NCBI GenBank assembly: GCA_964410335.1
Contig: CAYPGZ010000001.1
Coordinates: forward strand, 24,800 to 78,126
Direction: 5' to 3'
From: an uncultured Flavobacteriaceae bacterium
GTDB taxonomy: Bacteria > Bacteroidota > Bacteroidia > Flavobacteriales > Flavobacteriaceae
DNA: 53,327 nt
Made by a program: the position numbers and the translations under genes. Positions 45,403 to 53,327 of the stretch are shown here, piece after piece. The notes beneath the pieces are model-generated. The model saw nothing but the letters and a program-made list of their open reading frames with translations, did no database searches and had not been told where the DNA came from. Position 1 is the first letter of the stretch. Each line of letters opens with the position of its first letter.

Positions 45403-46611
45403 ATGCGCCTCCATCGAAACCTCGTTTTTGCTACTATTGATGCGTTACATCTGATTTTTAATGAAGGTGAATATGCAGACAAGGTTATTGAAAAAACCTT
45501 AAAACGCGATAAACGCTGGGGCTCCCGCGATCGAGGGTTTATTGCTGAAACCACATATGAAATCGTACGTTGGAAAAGGCTTTACGCCGAAATTGCAGAG
45601 GTAAAAACACACTATTCCCGTGAAAATCTCTTTCGCATGTTTGCGGTGTGGGCAGTTTTAAGAGGAATTACCTTGCCGGATTGGAAACAATTTTCGGGAG
45701 TGCCTTCGCGCAGAATCAAAGGGAAATTTGATGAATTATCCAAAATTCGAAAATTCCGGGAATCCATTCCGGACTGGTTGGACGAATTGGGGGAAAAAGA
45801 ATTAGGAAAAAAATGGGATAAAGAAATTCATGCACTCAATCAACAAGCTCCGGTAGTTTTACGCACCAATACCCTCAAAACCACAAGAACTGCACTTCAG
45901 GAGAAACTTTTAGAAGACGAAATTGATAGCCTTCTCCTAAAAAACCATCCCGATGCACTGGAATTGAAGAGCCGCACCAATGTGTTTACCACTTCCGCAT
46001 TCAAGGAAGGCTTGTTTGAAATCCAAGATGCTTCTTCTCAATTGGTTGCCCCGTTTTTGGAGGTAAAACCGGGTATGCGGGTGGTGGATGCCTGTGCCGG
46101 TGCCGGAGGAAAAAGCCTTCACTTGGCGGCATTAATGGAAAACAAAGGACAAATTATTGCGCTGGATATTTTTGCCAATAAATTAAAAGAATTAAAACGT
46201 CGGGCAAAACGTGCCGGCGTGCATAATATCGATCCGCGGCATATCGATTCCACGAAAATTATCAAAAAACTATATGGAAATGCAGACAGACTTTTGATTG
46301 ACGCCCCTTGCAGTGGATTAGGAGTCTTGAGCCGTAATCCGGATGCCAAGTGGAAATTGCAACCGGATTTTTTGGAAGACATCAAAAAAACCCAAGCAAA
46401 AATTCTCGATGAGTACTCCAAAATACTCAAACCCGGCGGAAAAATGGTTTATGCTACTTGCTCTATTTTACCATCGGAAAATGAGCAACAAGTGAAATCT
46501 TTTTTAAATCGTGAAAGCGGCAAGGATTTTGTTCTGAAAAAAGAAAAAACCATTCTTGCCGGTGAATCCGGATATGATGGTTTTTATATGGCATTTTTAG
46601 AAAAAAAGTGA
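45403..46611 (+). CDS. rsmB: 16S rRNA m5C methyltransferase, RsmB/NOP2/Sun family
   Basis: NusB-like N-terminal domain, then SAM motif VVDACAGAGGKSLHLA, LIDAPCSGLGVLSRNPD and catalytic YATCSILPSENE. Confidence 0.8.
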   Translation: MRLHRNLVFATIDALHLIFNEGEYADKVIEKTLKRDKRWGSRDRGFIAETTYEIVRWKRLYAEIAEVKTHYSRENLFRMFAVWAVLRGITLPDWKQFSGVPSRRIKGKFDELSKIRKFRESIPDWLDELGEKELGKKWDKEIHALNQQAPVVLRTNTLKTTRTALQEKLLEDEIDSLLLKNHPDALELKSRTNVFTTSAFKEGLFEIQDASSQLVAPFLEVKPGMRVVDACAGAGGKSLHLAALMENKGQIIALDIFANKLKELKRRAKRAGVHNIDPRHIDSTKIIKKLYGNADRLLIDAPCSGLGVLSRNPDAKWKLQPDFLEDIKKTQAKILDEYSKILKPGGKMVYATCSILPSENEQQVKSFLNRESGKDFVLKKEKTILAGESGYDGFYMAFLEKK

Positions 46612-46676
46612 GGTTGTAAGAGATAGAAAAATCTGATATCAATACCCAACTCATTAAAAATCACACACTAAAATAC

Positions 46677-47762
46677 ATGAAGAAATATTTATTTTATTTA
46701 CTGACATTCACATTTTTTGCAACCACGGCACAAATCCCCGGAAATTACTATGATTCAGCAACGGGATTAACAGGTTTTGCACTCAAAACCGAGCTTCATA
46801 ATATTATTTCGAATGGACATAATCCACAGGGTTATAATGATTTGTGGACAGCCTATCAAATTTCAGACGACGATCAATATTATGAATCGGATGGAACGGT
46901 CTTAGATATTTACTCTGAAAACCCCAACGGAACCGATCCTTATGGGTTTAATTTTGGTGCAGATCAATGTGGGAATTATGGAGGTGAAGGAGATTGTTAT
47001 AACCGCGAGCACCTTATGCCCCAGAGTTGGTTTAGCTCGGCAATGCCCATGAAATCTGATATTCATCATGTGATTCCCACTGATGGATATGTGAACGGCG
47101 TTCGAGGACATTTGCCTTTTGGCGAAGTGGGCTCTGCAAATTATGTTTCAGCCAATGGCTCTAAACGCGGAAATAATACTGTTCCGGGATATAATGGAGA
47201 AGTTTTTGAGCCTATCGATGAATTCAAAGGAGATATAGCCAGGGTTTATTTTTATATGGCTACACGCTACGAAGATAAAATCGCCTCTTGGGAAAATGAA
47301 AATGATGGAAGTATGGCCACGCTCAACGGTACTTCCGACCAGGTTTTTGAAAACTGGATGCTGGATATGCTTTTGGATTGGCATCAAAACGATCCGGTTT
47401 CACAACGAGAAATTGACCGAAATGAAGAGGCTTATAATTTTCAGGGAAATGCGAACCCTTTTGTGGATCATCCGGAATTTATCGATATGATTTGGGGCTC
47501 GGGAATGGGATTTTCCTCATCTCAAAAAAATGAATTTGAAATGTTTCCTAATCCAATTTCAACTGACCGGCTTCAAATAAAAGTTTCCGAAGCAGGAACC
47601 TTTCAGATGGAAATTCATAATCTTTTGGGCAAACTTGTTTTAAGTAAAAATATCAGTAAAGGGGAAAATCTGATTGATATTTCCAATTTACCCATGGGGA
47701 TTTATTTGATAAAAATCTCTGGAGAAAATATGTTGATGACCAAAAAACTTATCCGAAAATAA
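46677..47762 (+). CDS. secreted endonuclease I-family nuclease with T9SS C-terminal sorting domain
   Basis: 361 aa; signal peptide; Endonuclease_1 motifs YNREHLMPQSWF, DIHHVIPTDGYVNGVRGHLPFGEV, FEPIDEFKGDIARVYFYM and GNANPFVDHPEF; CTD FEMFPNPISTDRLQIKV...GIYLIKISGENMLMTKKLIRK. Confidence 0.82.
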   Translation: MKKYLFYLLTFTFFATTAQIPGNYYDSATGLTGFALKTELHNIISNGHNPQGYNDLWTAYQISDDDQYYESDGTVLDIYSENPNGTDPYGFNFGADQCGNYGGEGDCYNREHLMPQSWFSSAMPMKSDIHHVIPTDGYVNGVRGHLPFGEVGSANYVSANGSKRGNNTVPGYNGEVFEPIDEFKGDIARVYFYMATRYEDKIASWENENDGSMATLNGTSDQVFENWMLDMLLDWHQNDPVSQREIDRNEEAYNFQGNANPFVDHPEFIDMIWGSGMGFSSSQKNEFEMFPNPISTDRLQIKVSEAGTFQMEIHNLLGKLVLSKNISKGENLIDISNLPMGIYLIKISGENMLMTKKLIRK

Positions 47763-47780
47763 TAATTCCGAAAAGACTTA

Positions 47781-48542
47781 TTATCGGATAAAAACCGGTT
47801 CGTCTTTGGTCTTGGTTTCTTTTTCACTAAAACGATATCCCTCGGAATCGAAGCCTTTCAACTCTTCGAAAGACTTTATATTTTTATCCAAGATATAGCG
47901 CGCCATCGACCCGCGAGCTTTTTTGGCAAAGAAGGCGATGATTTTTAATTCGCCGTTTTTAAAATCCTTAAAAATAGGCGAAACCACACCGGTTTTTAAT
48001 TGTGTGATATCAATAGCTTTAAAATATTCCTGACTGGCAAGGTTCACCAACAAGTCGTCTTCTTTCATTTCTTGATTTAAAGAAGAGGTGATTTTTTCTT
48101 TCCAAATTTGATATAAATCCTTTTTTCGACCCACGGAAAAGCGTGTTCCCATTTCCAATCGGTAAGGTTGGATTAAATCCAAAGGCCTCAACAAACCGTA
48201 AAGACCGGATATTATCCGGATTTTGTCTTGAAGTTCGTCCAGTTTTTCGGGCGGAATAGTATAAGCATCCAAGCCCGTATAAACATCTCCACTAAAAGCA
48301 TAAACCGCTGCTCTGGAGTTGTTCTTATGATGTTCTTCCTGAAATTCTTGGTTTCGTTGATAATTCAGGTCAGCCAGTTTTGAGCTGATGCCCATTAATT
48401 CTGATAATTTCTTGCGCGAAGTACGCTTTAATTTTTTGTTGATTTGGTTTGTGGTTTCCAAAAATCGAGGTTGCGTGCCGCGATTGGTAGGCAATTTCGA
48501 TTCAAAATCAAGCGATTTTGAAGGAGAAATCAGAATTTTCAT
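47781..48542 (-). CDS. yaaA: peroxide stress protein YaaA (DUF328/UPF0246)
   Basis: 253 aa; [14 protein letters not shown]-terminus; [14 protein letters not shown]; RLEMGT; [13 protein letters not shown]. Confidence 0.88.
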   Translation of the reverse strand: MKILISPSKSLDFESKLPTNRGTQPRFLETTNQINKKLKRTSRKKLSELMGISSKLADLNYQRNQEFQEEHHKNNSRAAVYAFSGDVYTGLDAYTIPPEKLDELQDKIRIISGLYGLLRPLDLIQPYRLEMGTRFSVGRKKDLYQIWKEKITSSLNQEMKEDDLLVNLASQEYFKAIDITQLKTGVVSPIFKDFKNGELKIIAFFAKKARGSMARYILDKNIKSFEELKGFDSEGYRFSEKETKTKDEPVFIR

Positions 48543-48607
48543 TATGCTTTCAATTTTAGTAGAAAATGAGATAAAATTGATATCTACTGCTTATTAAACT
48601 TTCTTTT

Positions 48608-50809
48608 TTAAGCTTCCACTTCTTCCTTGCTTCCGATCAAATTGAAATCGAGCTGACGTTTGATCAGGTCGGCTTTTTTTACCGTTACATACACCTCATC
48701 GCCGAGCTGATAAATTTTTTTGCTTCGCCTTCCGATTATTTGATAATGTTCCCGGTCAAAATCAAAATGATCTTCTTTGATATCGCGCAATCGGATCATA
48801 CCTTCGCATTTGTTTTCTTCAACCTCCACAAAAACCCCAAATTCGGTGACGCCGGAAATCACCCCGAGAAAGGTTTTATTGTTGTGATTTTGCATGAATT
48901 TTATCTGCATATATTTTATCGAATCCCGTTCAGCATCAATGGCTAGTCTTTCCATATCGCTGGAATGCTTGCACATTTTTTCATATTCCTCCTCATTTGC
49001 TGAATCTTTTTTCTCCAAATAACGCTGCAATAAGCGATGCGCCATCACATCGGGATAACGCCGAATGGGAGAAGTGAAATGTGAATAATAATCGAAAGCC
49101 AATCCATAATGACCGATGTTTTGCGTACTGTAATAGGCTTTGCTCATCGTACGGATAGTTAAGGTATCGATTAGGTTTTGTTCTTTTTTGCCTTCCACAT
49201 CTTTTAATAAGGTATTGAGTTCAGTGGAAATATTTTTCTTGTTTTGCAAATTCAGTTTATATCCGAATTTTGAAATTACCGTTTGCAACGACATCAATTT
49301 TTCATCATCGGGCTCGTCATGACAACGATAAACAAAGGTTTTTTTGGGTTTTCTCCTTCCGATAAATTCAGAAACTTTTTTGTTGGCCAACAGCATAAAT
49401 TCTTCAATCAGCCTATTGGCGTCTTTTTGATGTTTGAAGAAAACACCTATTGGTTCATTGTTCTTGTCTAAATTAAATTTGACTTCCACTTTATCAAAAG
49501 AAATGGCGCCTTTTTGCATGCGTCGAGCACGCATTTTTTTAGCCAATTTGTCCATTTTCAAAATGGCTTCTGCAATTTCAGTGGGCACTTTGTATGCTTT
49601 TCCGGTCAGGGAAATTTCAGCGGGAATTTTTTCTTCTTCTGTTTCGATGATTTGTTGGGCTTCTTCATAAGCAAAACGGGCATTGCTGTATGTCACAGTG
49701 CGGCCAAACCATTCGTTTTTTATATGGGCATTATCATCGATTTCAAAAACTGCCGAAAATGTATATTTTTCCTCATTAGGACGTAATGAACATGCTTGAT
49801 TGGATAGGATTTCCGGCAACATCGGCACCACGCGATCTACCAAATAAATTGAAGTAGCCCGATCAAAAGCTTCATTGTCCAGAATCGTACCGGGCTTCAC
49901 ATAGTGAGAAACATCAGCAATATGCACCCCGATTTCAAAATTCCCATTGCCCAGCTTCTGAAAACTTAAGGCATCATCAAAATCCTTGGCATCTTTCGGA
50001 TCGATAGTAAAGGTGAGAGTTTCCCGCATATCACGACGTTTTTTGATTTCCTTTTCAGAAATGCCCGTGTCGAGATTTTCAGCATAGGTTTCTACTTCCT
50101 TGGGAAATTCATAAGGTAACCCGTATTGTGCCAGTATGGCATGCATTTCGGTTTCGTGTTCGCCGGGTGAGCCGAGGATTTCTTTTATTTTTCCGGTGGG
50201 GGAATCTTCTTTATCGGGCCAATCCACAATTTCTACCAACACCATCATGCCGTGTGAGGCCTGCTTTGATTTGTTTTTGGGCACGAAAATATCTACATAC
50301 ATTTTTGGATCTTGTACCACTACAAAACCAAAATTTTCCTGCATCTCCAACACCCCAACAAATTCTGTTTTTTTCCGTTCCAGGACTTGGATAATCTCGC
50401 CTTCAAGCTTATGCGAACCTCGTCGTTTATGAATATTCAGCATCACGCGGTCGCCGTGTAAAGCTTTATTGAGCTTCTTTTGACGAACAAAAATATCGTC
50501 GTCCATGCCTTCCACCATAACATAACCATCACCACGCGAAGTCATGTCCAAGATGCCTTCTATCAAATTAGGGTTTTCACGTCCTCGGAATTTTCCGCGT
50601 TCTACCTCTTCAATTTTATCGTTGGCGGCAAGCTTAGAAAGTTTTTTGACTATTTGGTTTCGGCTGCTGGTGTCCTCCAGTCCAAGTCGACTTGCAATCT
50701 GTTTGTGATTGAGGATTTTTTTGGGTTCTTGCCTAAAAATGGACAGAATGCTTTTGGAAAGATTGTCTATTTTGGGTCGGGATTTTTTCTTTTTTTTCTT
50801 TTTGGTCAT
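48608..50809 (-). CDS. rnr: ribonuclease R
   Basis: ATG at 50809 (MTKKKKKKKSRPK...); winged-helix N-terminal domain; cold-shock domains; RNB catalytic core (TIDPKDAKDFDDALS, HIADVSHYV, YSTQNIGHYGLAFDYYSHFTSPIRRYPD); C-terminal S1 domain. Confidence 0.9.
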   Translation of the reverse strand: MTKKKKKKKSRPKIDNLSKSILSIFRQEPKKILNHKQIASRLGLEDTSSRNQIVKKLSKLAANDKIEEVERGKFRGRENPNLIEGILDMTSRGDGYVMVEGMDDDIFVRQKKLNKALHGDRVMLNIHKRRGSHKLEGEIIQVLERKKTEFVGVLEMQENFGFVVVQDPKMYVDIFVPKNKSKQASHGMMVLVEIVDWPDKEDSPTGKIKEILGSPGEHETEMHAILAQYGLPYEFPKEVETYAENLDTGISEKEIKKRRDMRETLTFTIDPKDAKDFDDALSFQKLGNGNFEIGVHIADVSHYVKPGTILDNEAFDRATSIYLVDRVVPMLPEILSNQACSLRPNEEKYTFSAVFEIDDNAHIKNEWFGRTVTYSNARFAYEEAQQIIETEEEKIPAEISLTGKAYKVPTEIAEAILKMDKLAKKMRARRMQKGAISFDKVEVKFNLDKNNEPIGVFFKHQKDANRLIEEFMLLANKKVSEFIGRRKPKKTFVYRCHDEPDDEKLMSLQTVISKFGYKLNLQNKKNISTELNTLLKDVEGKKEQNLIDTLTIRTMSKAYYSTQNIGHYGLAFDYYSHFTSPIRRYPDVMAHRLLQRYLEKKDSANEEEYEKMCKHSSDMERLAIDAERDSIKYMQIKFMQNHNNKTFLGVISGVTEFGVFVEVEENKCEGMIRLRDIKEDHFDFDREHYQIIGRRSKKIYQLGDEVYVTVKKADLIKRQLDFNLIGSKEEVEA

Positions 50810-51127
50810 AATCTGAAAATCGCAATAAAAATACAATGAATAATTCGTTCATTACACCGGGATATAAAAAGTTTGCGTTATTTTATGATTGTCCCGGAGT
50901 TAAAAAATCGAAATTGAAAATACGCTCAGCCTTTAGCGGCCTCTGTAGAAGAAAAAATAAATAGCATATAATCCATTTGTATTCCTCTTAAATTACGGAT
51001 AAAAAACTGTAAAACAGCTGTTTGTGATATTTTTAAAAAAAGAAATCCCAGACGCCCCATATTCTTTATTAATTTTCGGATAACAATAAAAAAAATAAAG
51101 ACTTAAAGAGTTGTTAAAAAAAATTAT

Positions 51128-51135
51128 TATCTTTG
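51128..51135 (+). promoter_or_regulatory. candidate -7 box (TATCTTTG) upstream of a mini-ORF
   Basis: Exact TAnnTTTG, 23 nt upstream of the ATG at 51159. Confidence 0.35.
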
Positions 51136-51158
51136 TCTTAACCCCCCAAACTGAAATT

Positions 51159-51254
51159 ATGTATAAGCCGAAAAAATTTACGCTGTATTTCTTTCTGATA
51201 TTCCTTCTGGCGTTAACAGCAGTGGTTCTTTATATCAATCTTTCCCTACGATAG
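51159..51254 (+). CDS. possible 31-aa single-TM mini-protein (hypothetical)
   Basis: MYKPKKFTLYFFLIFLLALTAVVLYINLSLR: basic N-terminus plus a 20-residue hydrophobic helix; preceded by a -7 box. Not in the 60-aa-threshold ORF track; no homology evidence. Confidence 0.3.
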   Translation: MYKPKKFTLYFFLIFLLALTAVVLYINLSLR

Positions 51255-51346
51255 ATATCCATTTTCTGTTTTTTTTAGAAATATTCCCGGAAGCGATTTA
51301 ATTTTTATTTTGCTTTTTGGAATTTATTTTTTGGTAAATTTACGCT

Positions 51347-51586
51347 ATGGAACGTTTTGTGACTCTTGCCACGTACACCTACGCGCATGAATTTGTCGTG
51401 CTCAAGCTATTGTTGGAGCAAGAAGGTTTGCGTTTTTATTTTGAAAATGAAACTATTATGAGTCTGTTGCCGTTCTATTCTTATGCCTTGGGCGGAATAG
51501 CTCTTAAAGTCCATCCCGACGATGTTCCGAAGGCTAAAAAAATTCTTGATGAAATGGAAGGGCGCACAAAACTCAGAAAAGTATAA
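51347..51586 (+). CDS. DUF2007-like small protein (putative signal-transducing, PII-like fold)
   Basis: 79 aa; pattern of hydrophobic-E-A/H-x-hydrophobic (AHEFVVLKLLLEQEGLRFYFENE ... GGIALKVHPDDVPKAKKIL) as remembered for DUF2007. Confidence 0.5.
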   Translation: MERFVTLATYTYAHEFVVLKLLLEQEGLRFYFENETIMSLLPFYSYALGGIALKVHPDDVPKAKKILDEMEGRTKLRKV

Positions 51587-51600
51587 GGAGAAAAATTCCC

Positions 51601-53196
51601 TCAATTTTTACAGTCCATAATTTCCTTTACCTTTTTCAGCATATTGTCTTCCTCATTGATGATTTCATAAAATGTTTCTTTGCCAAATAACTGTTCGGCC
51701 AAGCTTGCTTTCAGGTATTTTTTAAAAAAAGGAAAAATATTATCCCCAAAACCCGTCGGCATTGGTTTATATTCATGGAGAAATTGGTTGAAGTCCTCCA
51801 AGGTTTCCTTATCAATCCAATCGGCTTTCATAAATTCTTCCCGGCTCATATTTTCAAAATATTTTCTGTCTTTATCCAGGTATTCAAATGCAAACCGATC
51901 CAGGAGTCCTGAATTGCGCATATATTCCAAATGTTCTAGACGATAGTCCATATTTTTAGCCACAAAAACATCCGGGATTATTCCACCACCTCCATAAACG
52001 GTTTTTCCGCCCGGTGTGACAAAACGTAAGGAATCATTGACCTGAATGCTGTCTTTATAGGAAAACTCACCATTTTCAAATCGATGCAGATATTCGCTAA
52101 AATAAGCTTCTGTACCTTTTGTGTATGGTCTTTGGATGGAACGACCGGTGGGGGTGTAATACCGCGCAACGGTCAGTCGCACTACGCTGCCATCGCCTAG
52201 TTGCATTTCTTTTTGCACCAAACCCTTCCCGAATGAACGTCGCCCGACGATTGTGCCTACATCGTTATCTTGTAATGCTCCTGCCACGATTTCGCTTGCA
52301 GAAGCCGAATTTTCATTGATAAGCACAAAAATTTTTCCTTTTTCAAAAATCCCCTTCTTAGAGGCATACACTTCTCGCATGTTTTCATGATTATCCTTAA
52401 TGGAAACAATAGCCTTGTCTTTGGGTAAGAATTCATCGGCAATTTCTACTGCTTCTTCCAGATATCCGCCTCCATTATCTCGTAGATCAAGAATAAGGTT
52501 TGAAATTCCTTTTTTCTTCAACTCTTGCAAACTTTCATGAAATTCTTCAGCCGTAGTTTCCGCAAAACGGTCTATTTTGATATACCCCAGATTGTCACAT
52601 AAAGAATAGGAAGCCACCACACTTCGGAGAGGAACCACTTCCCTACGGAGGTTGAAATCCAGAATTTCATCAATGCTTTTGCGGTAAACTTTCATTTTTA
52701 TTCTAGAGCCAACCGGTCCTTGGATGATTTGGATAAGGGAATCGGCAGGTAATTCTCGGCCGTATAGCTGAATTCCTGCTACGGATAACACCCGATCACC
52801 GGCTTTGAGCCCTTCTTTTTCTGCCGGACTTCCCTGAATGGTTTCCACCACGGCAATCGTATCTTTAATTTGATAAAATCGAATTCCAATTCCCACAAAA
52901 TCTCCCGCCATATTCTGAGATATAAACGCGTATTCCTCGGGAGGAATATAGACCGAATGTGGGTCGAGGCCTTTTAAAATATTATTGATGGCTATATCTA
53001 CCAAGCTGTCAGTATTGACCTCATCCACATAATCTTTTTCGATATAATCGATAAGTCTGGAAAGTTTTTCCTTGTTTTCATTCCCGGGTAAAATTTCGGG
53101 AAGGAATTGGAAATCGAAAAAAGTGCCGATCAATACCCCAATGGCGCAGGCCAGGCCCAACATCAATGGCGAATATGGTTTGGATTGTTTTTTCAC
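51601..53196 (-). CDS. ctp: S41-family C-terminal processing (tail-specific) peptidase
   Basis: 531 aa; N-terminal TM anchor; PDZ (GIGIRFYQ...GSPAEKEGLKAGDRVLSV); LILDLRDNGGGY; catalytic Ser in NENSASASEI and Lys in RRSFGKGLVQ. Confidence 0.88.
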   Translation of the reverse strand: MKKQSKPYSPLMLGLACAIGVLIGTFFDFQFLPEILPGNENKEKLSRLIDYIEKDYVDEVNTDSLVDIAINNILKGLDPHSVYIPPEEYAFISQNMAGDFVGIGIRFYQIKDTIAVVETIQGSPAEKEGLKAGDRVLSVAGIQLYGRELPADSLIQIIQGPVGSRIKMKVYRKSIDEILDFNLRREVVPLRSVVASYSLCDNLGYIKIDRFAETTAEEFHESLQELKKKGISNLILDLRDNGGGYLEEAVEIADEFLPKDKAIVSIKDNHENMREVYASKKGIFEKGKIFVLINENSASASEIVAGALQDNDVGTIVGRRSFGKGLVQKEMQLGDGSVVRLTVARYYTPTGRSIQRPYTKGTEAYFSEYLHRFENGEFSYKDSIQVNDSLRFVTPGGKTVYGGGGIIPDVFVAKNMDYRLEHLEYMRNSGLLDRFAFEYLDKDRKYFENMSREEFMKADWIDKETLEDFNQFLHEYKPMPTGFGDNIFPFFKKYLKASLAEQLFGKETFYEIINEEDNMLKKVKEIMDCKN

Positions 53197-53239
53197 AAAA
53201 AGCGAAGTTTCCTGAAATTATAGAATAGGAAAATTATGC

Positions 53240-53247
53240 CAAAAATA
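53240..53247 (-). promoter_or_regulatory. candidate -7 box (TATTTTTG) for ctp
   Basis: caaaaata on the plus strand, 43 nt upstream of the ATG at 53196. Confidence 0.3.
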
Positions 53248-53327
53248 CAAACAAAAAATACATGGGATTTTAGAGGAGAAGTTTAATTTAGAGGAAAATA
53301 TTTTGAAAGGTATGGACTTAATTGCCT

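Noticed and set aside
47749-47791. Inverted repeat ttatccga ... tcggataa spanning the convergent endonuclease I / yaaA gene ends as a terminator
   Set aside because: It is an 8-bp stem with a 27-nt loop and no U-tail, and both arms lie inside coding sequence. This is too weak to call.

Overview
AT-rich chromosomal core segment, very probably from a Bacteroidota (class Flavobacteriia-like) genome. Lineage evidence: three proteins with type IX secretion C-terminal sorting domains; the bamD-rpoZ-coaBC-DUF4835 gene string; many TAnnTTTG (-7 type) boxes correctly oriented upstream of genes; almost no Shine-Dalgarno sequences. I call about 46 protein genes, nearly all housekeeping: envelope biogenesis (bamD, waaA, AsmA-like), DNA replication and repair (mutS, dnaE, ogt, tag, an exonuclease), RNA and translation (rpoZ, rpsU, mnmA, rsmB, rnr, a TrmH-like methylase, aat), and metabolism (coaBC, purF, alr, SOD, folK). 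There is also a minus-strand tRNA cluster of Leu-UAA, Gly-CCC and Gly-GCC. I found no rRNA, CRISPR array, transposase, integrase or recognisable defence system. I do not see a convincing large novel multi-gene system. The most interesting locus is 4.8-6.7 kb. There a CI-like XRE-S24 self-cleaving repressor (candidate non-canonical LexA of Bacteroidota) has a perfect 13-bp palindrome in its promoter. It is flanked by three paralogous tiny, hyper-acidic lipoprotein genes and abuts the tRNA cluster. Other notable items: a single-ORF HPPK (folK)-deoxynucleoside kinase fusion; an orphan lipoprotein with an 8-Cys tail; a DnaQ-like exonuclease fused to DnaE; a tag operon with overlapping envelope-protein genes; rpsU tightly coupled to a GNAT gene; apparent leaderless promoters; and several repeat-bearing long intergenic regions. 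All functional calls rest on motif recognition by eye and remembered family features. No database search was run.
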